IMG/VR virus record: IMGVR_UViG_3300044837_000085
Span: 32,001-96,000 of that record
Direction: 5' to 3' (one strand)
DNA length: 64,000 nt
From: a virus
In this document: positions 9,707 through 19,952 of the stretch, in pieces
Position numbering within the stretch: position 1 is the first letter of the stretch
Layout of the letters: each line of letters begins with the position of its first letter
The notes under the pieces: model-generated
Database searches by the model: none
What the model saw: only the letters and a program-made list of their open reading frames with translations
What the model was told of the DNA's origin: nothing
Program-made: the position numbers and the translations under genes

Positions 9707-10584
9707 GCGCGCGTCCCCGGAGTGAATAAGGCGTAAGCCACGAGACACGCAGCCAGTAAGCCGAATGCGATTGGAGCGATATCGAGGATGAGTTGGAAGT
9801 AGGTCATGAAGCACCCCGTTGAAATGGTGCGACGTTAGTTGTGTTGCGTGGAAGGTTTTCAGCGATGTCGAAGTCGAAGCCATACGGCCCGGCTTCCGGA
9901 ATTGAGTTTCCGATGATGGCGGAGCATGTGACGCGGTCACGCGCCCTTCCCTGTCTAATCGACCTGGGCTGTTGGATGCTTGGGCCATCACCGGAACTGG
10001 AATTAAGCGCTCCGGCCACCGTTGGGGCTGAGTTGGTGACCGGAGCTATCGCATCCAACCGGACATCGGATGCAATCTGTAAAAGAATTGCTGAGATCAG
10101 CGCAGCTTCGCATTCGTCGCACAGCAGGAAGCCTAGCTCGACCTCAACCGCTGCGGGATGTGCGCATTCAGCGCATTGGAGGGTGCTGTTGCGATTCATG
10201 CGGCGTGACCAAATCTTGTTCCAAAACGGAACCGATTGTGGCGAGATGCCGAAAAAATATTTTTCAAATCCCAGTTGTGTAACGTGCCGTACACAGTCCA
10301 GAATACATCTCTTGCGTGCGGCAGGGGGTGACAATGGGTTCGCCAAAAATGGTCGATATTCCGGGCATTCCGGAATACTTCATGACGGAAGTTGGAAGGA
10401 CGGAAGGTGCGGGCGGCGACTGCGTCAGGATTTACAACTGTGTCGAGCGTGGCGGATTTTTGATCCCGCAATGCACAGTGATAATTCCGGCGAGAAGCCT
10501 GATCGTTGCGTCGCGCGTCGTTTCCGAGGCGGCGCAGAAGGTGTTCGCAATCGAGCATGCGGAAAAACGGCAACCGATCCGCCA

Positions 10585-10827
10585 TCACTGAGCCTCCCCG
10601 AATATTTTTTCGTGGGTCTCGATGAGGTCGGGGCGAAGGTCTTTTGCTGGGATGCCTGTTCGTTCGGCGATCCCCGGCAGAAGATGGGGCTCGATCTTCC
10701 GGATGCCCTTTTCCCATCGAGCAACGGTGGTTTTGGAGACGCGAAGCTTGCGCGCCAGGTCCGCCTTGGTGAGCGGCGGCGTCTGGCTTTGCCTGTAGAT
10801 TCGGAGGGGATGCACGGCGGCGTTCAT
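10585..10827 (-). CDS. Cro-like XRE HTH regulator
   Basis: LTKADLARKLRVSKTTVARWEKG...LRPDL; divergent from repressor. Confidence 0.88.
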   Translation of the reverse strand: MNAAVHPLRIYRQSQTPPLTKADLARKLRVSKTTVARWEKGIRKIEPHLLPGIAERTGIPAKDLRPDLIETHEKIFGEAQ

Positions 10828-10836
10828 GCGCCATTG

Positions 10837-10930
10837 GTAACCGCTCCGGTCACGATCCGTCAAGAGGGAAAGTGACCATTCCGGACACTTTTTTTGTGGG
10901 TGGATCGGCTACAGTAACCGGCATGGTTAC
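10837..10930. promoter_or_regulatory. Three 17-bp operators between cro and repressor
   Basis: GTAACCGCTCCGGTCAC (10837), GTGACCATTCCGGACAC (10872), GTAACCGGCATGGTTAC (10914). Confidence 0.8.
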
Positions 10931-11246
10931 CCGTTCTAAGCCTCAGATCGTCTATCCTCGCCTATGGCGGAAGTTCATGGGCGTTAAGCCAGGACTGCTT
11001 GCCGCGGCCCTAAAGATAGATGAAAAGTCCTATTTCAGGCTTGAGCGAGAGACGTGGCGGATCGAGCTGCCGGAACTCGCGATTCTCGCCAAGGTCATTG
11101 GCATAAGGATAGAGCAGCTATTCTGGCCGCCGCCGAAGCCTGGGGAAAAGCCGGTTGTTAGCTTGGACGAACTAGCCAAGGAGGCCACCCCGGAGAAGCG
11201 GGCCGCGATAGTGGGTGCCGTCAGGGGCATTTTGGGTAGTAGCTAG
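10923..11246 (+). CDS. Phage repressor, XRE HTH without S24 peptidase domain
   Basis: WRKFMGVKPGLLAAALKIDEKSYFRLE HTH; flanked by operators. Confidence 0.75.
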   Translation: MVTRSKPQIVYPRLWRKFMGVKPGLLAAALKIDEKSYFRLERETWRIELPELAILAKVIGIRIEQLFWPPPKPGEKPVVSLDELAKEATPEKRAAIVGAVRGILGSS

Positions 11247-11270
11247 GGCCAGTGTCCAATTCGAATCGCG

Positions 11271-11296
11271 AAAAGCCCGCCTTTTGGCGGGTTTTT
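11271..11296 (+). terminator. Intrinsic terminator (possibly bidirectional)
   Basis: AAAAGCCCGCC-TTTT-GGCGGGTTTTT. Confidence 0.88.
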
Positions 11297-11313
11297 ATTG
11301 CGTCCAAAAATAA

Positions 11314-11367
11314 GTAGCCGCTCCGGTCACTTTTGCTATTGACGAATGGTGACCAACGCGGTTACCT
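11314..11367 (+). promoter_or_regulatory. Early rightward promoter with two operators
   Basis: GTAGCCGCTCCGGTCAC (11314) and GTGACCAACGCGGTTAC (11349) flank a TTGACG -35 box at 11339. Confidence 0.78.
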
Positions 11368-12144
11368 TCTCCCCACGCTCGGCAAATCCCCGCTGAGTGG
11401 TCTGGGAGTGGCAGATGGCCGATGGGAATTTTTCGATCAGTGACAGGACGCTAGCGAACTTCTCTAAAATCCTGCGCGACCGCTCGCTTTGGCCAACATG
11501 GTTTGTTGAATGGGATTATGGCGATTGCGGCAAATGCGCGATGGGCTTGGCCTGCGCCGTTTGGGGAGGACCGTATCCATGCGCGCTTGCCATGGCCCAA
11601 ATGTTTTCGTTTCCGTTGCGCGATGCAAAGACAATCTTTCTTGGCGCACATCACATTCTCGGCGTTCGGTTTTCGAGCATCACGCCTGAGAATATCGCCG
11701 ACCTGATCGACCGTCGTCTCCAGCCCGTCGTCTTGCACAAAACGGATATCAGCGCGCTGAAGGCTCTCTTGCTCCCCGGCGCTAAGATTCCAGAGGGCGC
11801 ACAGTAGTCATGTCCGACGCCGCCACCATCACCCACGCGATGTGCGAATTGGATGAGCGGATTTCGCGCGGCGAAGGAAGCTTGCTCTATGCAATCTCGC
11901 GACCGGGTCCGGGCGGTTCGAAGCACTCGCACATGCTGCGCGTCATGTCGATTTCATATCCGGACGCGGATTATCCATGGATTGAAGTTTCGGAGCCGGG
12001 AGGCTGCGGCTGCGTAGCGCGGATTTCGCTGGCCCAACTGGCGCACGTCCTGATCAACACGTCGATGCCGGAGCTTCTTGGCTTGGCTGCGCGCGAAGTC
12101 TGTCCGCATGGACACCCTCATCACGGCGAGAGGGACGAGCAAGC

Positions 12145-12861
12145 ATGACCGACGCCGCCACCATATCCCTAGACGTTACCCCAGCAATGGCGGAACTGCT
12201 GCGCGCGGGTGCGGCGGATGCGCGTGGGTTGTGCTGCAGTCCGGGTCGGGTGGAAAAGAATTTCGCGACACTGCATGAATGCGAGAAACTTGGATTTATC
12301 CGGTTTCTCGATATCGAGCGTCCATGGATTACGGATAAGGGCCGGGCCGCAATAGGCGAGCCCTCGGGCGCCGAAGCTAGCCTGGCTCGTCTGCGAGCGT
12401 TTTCGCGAGAGCGTCGCAGGCTCGAGCCAGAGAAGCGGGCCGATCCGCGAACGGACTTCGACTACCGCGCCTATAAATCAATGAACTGGGTTTGCACGCT
12501 CGCCATCCGCCAGCCCGATCCGCGCGAGAAGCCGCAGACGATTCGCGTCGGGAAGTCGCTGCACAGCGAAGCGCAATATCTCGGCGGCAAAAATTCAATC
12601 GTCCAGCCGGAGAGCGAAGGACGGTTCGTGCTCACGCTTGTGCCGAACTGGATGACGCGACCGATCACGAAGCTGGGGCGCTTGGCGCCTGCAATCTTCT
12701 CAAGCTATCCACTCGCGCTCGATCCCGACGATCCGGATTTCACGGAGGAGGAACGCGCGCTTTGGGATCGACTGCGGAACGTTTGTTTTTCAGTCAACTC
12801 CCGCATCCGGAATGCGGGTCGGCGTCCGCATGAGAAGCGTCGTTTCGGGGAGTATGCGTAA
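12145..12861 (+). CDS. Hypothetical phage protein
   Basis: 238-aa ORF coupled to its neighbours. Confidence 0.6.
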   Translation: MTDAATISLDVTPAMAELLRAGAADARGLCCSPGRVEKNFATLHECEKLGFIRFLDIERPWITDKGRAAIGEPSGAEASLARLRAFSRERRRLEPEKRADPRTDFDYRAYKSMNWVCTLAIRQPDPREKPQTIRVGKSLHSEAQYLGGKNSIVQPESEGRFVLTLVPNWMTRPITKLGRLAPAIFSSYPLALDPDDPDFTEEERALWDRLRNVCFSVNSRIRNAGRRPHEKRRFGEYA

Positions 12862-13158
12862 TGAACAAGCATCTCGCGAACGTCGTTGCATTCCGCAAGC
12901 CGCTTGAAGCACTGCGGCGAGACGAGATCGTCCTGCGCGATTGTGGCATCAACGGTCAGTTCGTTCGGTTGAGGGACTGATGATGCATCCGGGATGGAAA
13001 GTATTCATGCAGGGTTGGGGTTGCGGCATGTTCATTGTCGCCACCATGGCGTGGTTAGCGCGCGGCGACATTCTAGGCGCGTCCGTCTGCGGAACGATTT
13101 TCATTCTGACGTTTGTATGCGGCGGGCTGAATGCGGATCGATTGAAACGGGTGGCAAC

Positions 13159-13623
13159 ATGACACTCCGTCAACGCGATCCGAGAATTAGGGACGATCTT
13201 CATTTGAAGTTTGTCCGCGGGAAACCCTGCTGTGTCTGCGGGTCAATGCGCGAAGTTGAAGCAGCTCACTTACGCATGCGACGTCCGGGCAAGGAATCGG
13301 GATTGGGCGAGAAGCCGCATGATTTTTTTGTGACTCCATTGTGTGCGTACCACCACCGCACAGGCATTCTAGCGCAACACAAAATTTCGGAAGAGCACTT
13401 CTGGTTCGAAATTCACGGCCTCAACCCGTTCCAGATCGCATCCCGTCTCTGGATCGAATCCGGTGGCGCAGCGCGAGCGCTTGAACCGAAGCCCGCGAAA
13501 CGTCCCCGCAAGATCGCTGCACGCAAGCCGCAAGAACAGCGCGCTAAGATCCGGTCACGCGCCACGTTCCCGCAAGGACGCAAGCTTCAATCTCGCGGTT
13601 TCGAGCGGGGGAGGCCCGCATGA
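13159..13623 (+). CDS. DUF968-like (HNH-type Zn) protein
   Basis: HLKFVRGKPCCVCG, AHLR, KPHDFFVTPLCAYHH. Confidence 0.75.
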   Translation: MTLRQRDPRIRDDLHLKFVRGKPCCVCGSMREVEAAHLRMRRPGKESGLGEKPHDFFVTPLCAYHHRTGILAQHKISEEHFWFEIHGLNPFQIASRLWIESGGAARALEPKPAKRPRKIAARKPQEQRAKIRSRATFPQGRKLQSRGFERGRPA

Positions 13624-14378
13624 CCTCCCTCGCCTATCCCGTCACACAGCCCGTTGAATTCTGGACGTACAGCAACGATGCGCGCGAGACCTGGCCACAA
13701 TGGGTGCAGCGCCGAACGATCACGATCGACGGCGAGTTGGTGCATGAGCACTGGTCCGGCCGGCAGGTGTTGTATCGCGGTGAGACTTTGGTTCGCGAAC
13801 TCGACGGCGCGCAGAATTTTTATACGCCCAGTGAGTTTGAAGGAGCGTTTGAAGTGAGACCAGCATGATCGACCTCCTGCAAGACATCTTCTGCATCCTG
13901 GCTGTGCCGACGATTCTATTGGGTATTGCTGTAGCGCGCGAGTATGGGCTCGCACGGTGTTGAAGGAAGAGGGCTGATGGCTAACTGGCAAAGAACGCTT
14001 CGCCTCAACCCCGAGTGGGAGCAGGCGCAAGAGCATGAAATTTCAACGCAGGAATTGGCTGGAGCGGTGGCTACAAAGCTGAAACTGCTCAAGCCATTTA
14101 AGGCCGAATGGGATGACATCAATACCGAGCGCGACGACATCGCTGATGAATTTCTCAATCTCGCTGAGGACGAGGCCGCCACGCAGCAGAACTTCAATTA
14201 TGTGATGCAGTCGCTCTATGACTGGGGCGACCAGCGTCTCGACGGTGATTGGAACGGCAAGAAAGTTTGCTGGATCGATACCATGTCAAAGGTGCCCGCA
14301 TGACCCCGTGACCGGGCCACTCACGGCAAGTTGACGAATTTCCCGCGCCTCGGGGACTCAGGGGCAGGAGAAGAGAAG

Positions 14379-14687
14379 ATGATTAACCACCCTAACCGCA
14401 GCAAGCAAAATGGAGAACGCGCCGTTATCGTCACGACCGCGCACCGAGGCGTGTTCTTCGGCTACGCCGAAGATACGGACGGCGACGTTATCAAGCTGCG
14501 CGGAGCCAGGAATTGCGTCTACTGGTCAACCGGCGTCCGTGGTTTCATGGGTCTTGCCGCCACTGGACCGGACAAACAATCGAAAGTTGGTCCCGCCGCT
14601 GACATCGAAGTGCGCCAAATCACTAGCGTGATCGAGTGCACTCCGGGTGCCGTTAAGGCTTGGGAGGCTGCGCCATGGAGCCGGTAA
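14379..14687 (+). CDS. Conserved phage protein (DUF6948-like)
   Basis: VIVTTAHRGVFFG...LRGARNCVYW...GLAATGP; family usually precedes Gly-rich repeat genes. Confidence 0.7.
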   Translation: MINHPNRSKQNGERAVIVTTAHRGVFFGYAEDTDGDVIKLRGARNCVYWSTGVRGFMGLAATGPDKQSKVGPAADIEVRQITSVIECTPGAVKAWEAAPWSR

Positions 14688-15346
14688 TTCTTAGAGGCGA
14701 ACCGGCGAAGCTGGCGAGCCTTTACGGCTCCGGCTCCGGCTCCGGCTACGGCTCCGGCGACGGCGACGGCTCCGGCTCCGGCTCCGGCTCCGGCTACGGC
14801 TACGGCTACGGCTCCGGCTCCGGCTCCGGCTACGGCTACGGCTACGGCTACGGCTCCGGCGACGGCGACGGCTACGGCTCCGGCTCCGGCGACGGCTCCG
14901 GCTCCGGCTCCGGCTACGGCTACGGCTCCGGCTCCGGCTCCGGCTACGGCTCCGGCTACGGCTACGGCTCCGGCTCCGGCTACGGCTCCGGCTCCAAAGA
15001 CTATTGGCAAGCCACTATTCTTAACTTCGCGGCTAAATGGCCAGAAGCCCAGCGCGCAAGGCTAACCGACGCGAAGTTAAGCGGAGCAACGATCGCCTTT
15101 TGGCGATCGAGCGACAAGGGTCTCCCGTCAAACGGCGGCGGGAAGATCGAGCCCGCTGCGCCCGGCGTGATCCATACCGCACCAGGGCCACTGCAAACCT
15201 GCCACAGCGGTACGCTGCACGCGACGCTGATCCCACCGAAATGGGAGGGGGCGCGCTGGTGGATCGTCGCGCTTCATGGCGAAGTCGTCGGTGATGAAGA
15301 AAAGTATGGCTGCCTGAAGCGTGAAATCTTGGGCGAGGCGACATGA
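14675..15346 (+). CDS. Gly-Ser/Tyr/Asp repeat protein with globular C-terminal domain
   Basis: (G-[SYD])n tract followed by a domain containing CHSGTLHA. Confidence 0.8.
   Translation: MEPVILRGEPAKLASLYGSGSGSGYGSGDGDGSGSGSGSGYGYGYGSGSGSGYGYGYGYGSGDGDGYGSGSGDGSGSGSGYGYGSGSGSGYGSGYGYGSGSGYGSGSKDYWQATILNFAAKWPEAQRARLTDAKLSGATIAFWRSSDKGLPSNGGGKIEPAAPGVIHTAPGPLQTCHSGTLHATLIPPKWEGARWWIVALHGEVVGDEEKYGCLKREILGEAT
14726..14995 (+). repeat. Coding hexamer tandem repeat GGC-TCC/TAC/GAC, 45 units
   Basis: Directly visible. Confidence 0.95.
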
Positions 15347-16375
15347 CCCCGACACCGAGCACCCCAGCCATTATTCGGGAGGTAGAAATGACATCGGATA
15401 CCTATGCCGGTTTGGTCGTATCGACGGTCGCTATCGCGGCTCTTGCTGCGGCTTGGTGGTTCGCATGACCGCTGCACCTAACAGCATTCAGCCTAACATT
15501 GTGGAACGCATTCGTTCGCGCATCCATGATGCGCCTATGCCGATTGAGCATCTTCTGGACGAGGCCGCCGACCGCATCGAGGCGCTTAGGTTCATCAAGC
15601 CATGACCGGCTCCGTCCCGTTTTATCTGTTCTGCGCGGGTGCGGTCCTGCTGTTCGTCGCCGTTTGGCTGGACGGAAAGTACGACTGGATATTCAAGACA
15701 TGGCCATGGTGGTTGCCCATTACGTTCGCGGCAATCGTTCTGGTGCAGATGGAAACATTCCGATGATCGACATTCTCCAGAACTGGTTCTGCATCCTGGC
15801 AGTCCCGACCGCGCTTTTCTGGTACGTCCGCGCAAATGAATTGAGGCAGAGCCGATGACGATAGTTTGCAGCCGTTGCAACGGCCCACACATGCGATCAG
15901 AGTGTCCGACGACAGGGCTACGGCCATTCTCCACTGACACCACCAAAGTCCTCGATGAGGCTCGGCTCCCGGCGCAGGAGGTGTTTGAGGCGTTCGCTTC
16001 AATCTCGCGTGCTGTGTACCGCATTCGCGAATGGGCAAAGGGCGAAGGTCCGTACTCTGAGTTCATCAAAGAGGCGGCTATTATCGAGCGCCGCCTAGAA
16101 CAAATCGTCCTCGCCCTTCCCTTGCACGGTGTTGCCCAATCTGCACCGGAGCCTCAAACGCTCGCCGGCATGATCCATGCGATTTACGATGGTATGGACG
16201 CTGAAGATTGTTCTTTCATTGATTTTGAATGGGCGAGACAGCGCGGCTACATCTTGCCCGACAACGGCGCTGGTAAGCTTGCCCAAGCGGAAACAGAGCA
16301 CGTTAAGGCGATTATCCGGTACTTGACTGGTGCCCGTGCGCCATGGCATAGGATTCTCCGACAGGGCGGCGCTGC

Positions 16376-17062
16376 TTATTTAGGGTCCCAAGGAACTTGC
16401 CGTTCGGTTGGCCATCCGGGGAACGGCTTTCTGACTAGCGGCTGTTCTTGCCATCCAACGATCACCGCTGGACTTGGGATGTCCGGCGATGGCTCCATCG
16501 GTAAGTATCTGCCGATGCTCAAGCCGGTGCTCTCCGCTAGGGCTGTCATCATCTTACTGGCTAATTCCTCTTTTGGTTCGTACACGAGAACTCCAAAAAA
16601 GGCCCCTGGAATGAATGTGTACAGTGGCTTCCACTCGGACTTAACGCCCGCCTTATGCAGCGCAATTGTAAGCACTACGCCAAAACGTTGCGCTTCTCGA
16701 TCAGGGATTGAATACACGTTTAGCTCTGTGACCATGCCTTTAATTTTGGCCACGAACTTTTCAATTTGCTCTGCGTTGATATCTCTAGGCTCAGTTTCCT
16801 TTAGAAGAGCAAGACGGGCGCCCCTTTCGATTTCTAGTTTTTTATTTGCTTCAAGTGTATCCGCCTCAGAGATCGCCGCTCTTTGGTGGAGATCAGCAAT
16901 GCTTTCTTCAAAATCGTGGTCGCGGACGCGAGTTCCGAGCCACAATAACCCGACGCCACACATTGTGATGACCGCCCCCGCGACGGAGGCGCGCCATCCC
17001 CATGCGTAAAACTGATTCGCGCGATCAATTGAAATATCAAAAAAATCGGCAATCCATCCCAT
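16376..17062 (-). CDS. IS passenger gene, single-TM membrane protein
   Basis: N-terminal hydrophobic helix and coiled segment; lies inside the TIRs. Confidence 0.7.
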   Translation of the reverse strand: MGWIADFFDISIDRANQFYAWGWRASVAGAVITMCGVGLLWLGTRVRDHDFEESIADLHQRAAISEADTLEANKKLEIERGARLALLKETEPRDINAEQIEKFVAKIKGMVTELNVYSIPDREAQRFGVVLTIALHKAGVKSEWKPLYTFIPGAFFGVLVYEPKEELASKMMTALAESTGLSIGRYLPMEPSPDIPSPAVIVGWQEQPLVRKPFPGWPTERQVPWDPK

Positions 17063-17127
17063 GGGGTCCGCTCGCCTTAATAGCTTTTGCCCTTTTGTGG
17101 GGGTGGTTGATGTTATGGCTTAGTTTC

Positions 17128-18039
17128 TCAGCACCCCTCAATCGCCGTTCCGAAAATGTCATCGTTGAAGCGATTATTATACCTGAATTGGAACTCTGCA
17201 ACGTAAAGTGGCAAATACTTGGCGCTGACTTTGTGAAACGAACCAACGATACCGCGCTTGAAGATCGACCAGAAGCCCTCAATCGTTTGAGTATGCACCG
17301 CGCCGACAACGTACTGCCCCTTGGCATGATCGACGGTCGCGTGAGGAAATTTCACGCCAAGGTGCTTGTAGCCCGCCCAACTATCGGTGCAGAGCAAACT
17401 AACCTTATCCGAGACGGCTTCGTTCACGAACGCTTCCAACGTGGTGGCGCGGACGTTCTCGATCACGCGGGCGATGATGCTACCCTTGCGGCGCACTGCA
17501 CCAGCAACAATCTCTTTCCCAACACCTCCGGTCCCGAGACCCTTTCCGCGCTTGTCCTTGTGCTTGTTCTTGGCGAGACCGCCGATCAGGGTTTCGTCAA
17601 CTTCGACAATGCCGCCCAGCTTGGTTTCGGGTTCGATCAGAGCCGCGCGGATTTTGTGACACATGGAATGCGCGGTTTCGTAAGAGCCGAACCCCATGTG
17701 GCGTTGAACTTGGAGCGCGCTGATACCCTTTTTGCTGGTGAGCATGAGATGCACCACCTTGAACCACTGGCGAAGCGGCTTGTTGGTGTTCTCGAAAATG
17801 GTGCCCGCGATATGCGAGAAGCGATAACCGCCGCCCTTGACCGTCTCACACTCGTAGCACTGCCATTTAAGGCTCATCGTTTTGACGGGGAAAACGTTGA
17901 CGTTGCCGCAACGGGGGCAGTTAACCCCATCGGGCCAGCGGCGCTTAACCAGATACTCACCGCAAGCCTGTTCATCGGGGAACATGGCTTCAAACTGGCC
18001 TTCGGTAAGCTGGTGAACTGGCTTAGGTCTGCGGGCCAT
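17128..18039 (-). CDS. IS1595-family DDE transposase
   Basis: Zn ribbon CPRCG...CYEC, VEVDET, CTD, HTQTIEGFWS, YVAEFQFRYN. Confidence 0.95.
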   Translation of the reverse strand: MARRPKPVHQLTEGQFEAMFPDEQACGEYLVKRRWPDGVNCPRCGNVNVFPVKTMSLKWQCYECETVKGGGYRFSHIAGTIFENTNKPLRQWFKVVHLMLTSKKGISALQVQRHMGFGSYETAHSMCHKIRAALIEPETKLGGIVEVDETLIGGLAKNKHKDKRGKGLGTGGVGKEIVAGAVRRKGSIIARVIENVRATTLEAFVNEAVSDKVSLLCTDSWAGYKHLGVKFPHATVDHAKGQYVVGAVHTQTIEGFWSIFKRGIVGSFHKVSAKYLPLYVAEFQFRYNNRFNDDIFGTAIEGC

Positions 18040-19952
18040 TTGGCTCCCCCTGTCTATAGAGGCCAATATGGCATGTAATTCTAGACCAGTCAAGTCCCGG
18101 ATAATCGCCCACGTTAAAACCCTTCAAAGGCTTGTCACGGAATACAAAGCCCGTGCGATCGAAGTAGCGCGCGTGGGTGCCCAATCTGCACCAGAGCCCG
18201 GTGACTTGGCCACTCGCGGCGCAATCGCTCAGACATTCCTGGATGAGTGCTACGACGGTTGCGACAGCCACGACTTGGCCGACATCATGCTCAAGCACTG
18301 GGACGTGCGTTGGAAGGCATCCCAGATCTCATCGACTCTGCGCTCATCCCCCTCGGAGAAAGAATAATGCCGAATAGCAAGATCAGAGCGCAGCAACGCG
18401 TGAATTCGAGAAAGCTTGACGAGGAAGGAATGCTGTTAGTCCGGCAACGAAATTTTCCGAAGCCGACCAATTCGGTCAGCCTGCGCTATCGCAGCGAAAG
18501 AGAAATTGACCGGCGCAAACGCCAGATCGCGCGAGGGCAGCTTACGGAAAGCAACGGACTGGCGGTTTCCTCCACACCTCTTGGAGGCGGCAAGTGAGCT
18601 ACGTCACGGTCGGTCAAATCCTAGATGCTCACGCTCAGTTCGGCCAGCTTGATCTTGAAATGGTCAAAAGGGCGATGGGGCCAAATTTTCCCGAGAGCTG
18701 GAACATCATTCCGAATGGTCAGGGAATTTTCAAGGCCGCATCCCTACACACTCCGGCAGATCGCCAGAGTGAGGCGTCATGACCATATTTAAATCTGAGG
18801 GCTTGTCGTCGGCTGCGATCGAGATGATCGGCCAGCTCTACGTCAGCGGCCCCACATGGGACGGCAATGTCTGTTCAAAGCAGGGGCGTGGTGAGCTTTG
18901 CCGCGCCGGGCTGGCATGGCACGAACACGGCTATGCCTCGCTGACCCCGGAGGGCGTTCGGACAGCCGTTGAATGGCCTATTGCAGACCTCCGGCGCCGT
19001 CACGACGACCGCTGGCTCAAGAAGCGAAGGGAGTCCTGACCTATGGAACACGCAATAACCGTCGAATTCATCAGCCATAAGCGCAAAGCACAGTGCGCGC
19101 CAAACCCGGCCTATCCGAACGGCATTGACCTGGACCTGACGGACGGCGCGAAGGTCGCTTGTTTGGCTGACTTACCCTATCCAGCCGAATGCTGCGGCGT
19201 TCTGATCGTGCGCTGTCAGAAGTGCGGATCAGGGCACGCTATCACAACCGCCGGCCGCACCGATGACCCGAAGTCGGTCAAGCTTCCGTGCCACGGGGCA
19301 TCCTCTGTGTCTTCGCAGGAGCAAAAGACCCCATGAGTATCGATGGCGAAGATAATGATTTCATTTTCAGGCAAGTTAGCCGCTCAGTCACGCTTGATCT
19401 TATTCAGCGGCTGGAGCGCGTTCGATTAGCTCTTCGTGAGGACAGATGGATGGCGGCGGCGGAAGTGATATCGGATGCAATTTCCGAAATTTCCGCGTTA
19501 AGAGCAGCAACATCTTCGCAGACGCGGGGAACCCCATGAGGCGCGCTCAATCATCACGCGATGTTGAGATTCCCGCGGAAATGATCGGGCTCGCCGAGCG
19601 ACGTACAGAATTTCTTTTCCGGCATATGCAATACGGCCCGAACCCGATGAAGATGATTCTTGCCAGCGCTTACATACAGGGCATGAACGATATGTTCGAC
19701 GCGCTAGAAAACGCCGGACTTATCGGTCCCACGGTCTCGCGCCCGCACGGAGGAACCCATGACTAAAGCGAAGAAGACGGAGCCAAATGCAGCGAAGCTT
19801 TCGGTCGGGCATCATTCCGGAGAACATATTTGGGGATACGAGGTTTTTGGCGATGGAAGGATTCAGTTATCGCCAGGATTTGCCGATCGATTTTGCAGGA
19901 TTGTGGATCGCGAAGGCGGCCTACAGGCCATGCAGGAAAACGTCAATCGTTT

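Larger units (their letters stand above)
16307..18109 (-). mobile_element. IS1595-family insertion sequence with a passenger gene (1803 bp)
   Basis: 25-bp TIR GGCGATTATCCGG(T/G)ACTTGACTGGT with 1 mismatch; 8-bp TSD CACGTTAA at 16299 and 18110. Confidence 0.95.
15855..18367 (+). pseudogene. Phage gene interrupted by the IS1595-family element
   Basis: Removing the IS and one TSD restores ...AETEHVK|TLQRLVTEY... in frame. Confidence 0.85.

Noticed and set aside
9841-10875. 344-aa plus-strand ORF
   Set aside because: Runs antisense across cro and the operators and has no domain features
14726-14995. Possible CRISPR or non-coding satellite
   Set aside because: Hexamer units with no spacers, in frame within a protein
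15855-17009. 384-aa ORF as a real protein
   Set aside because: It is read-through from the interrupted gene into the antisense strand of the IS passenger
17002-18078. 358-aa plus-strand ORF
   Set aside because: Antisense shadow of the transposase
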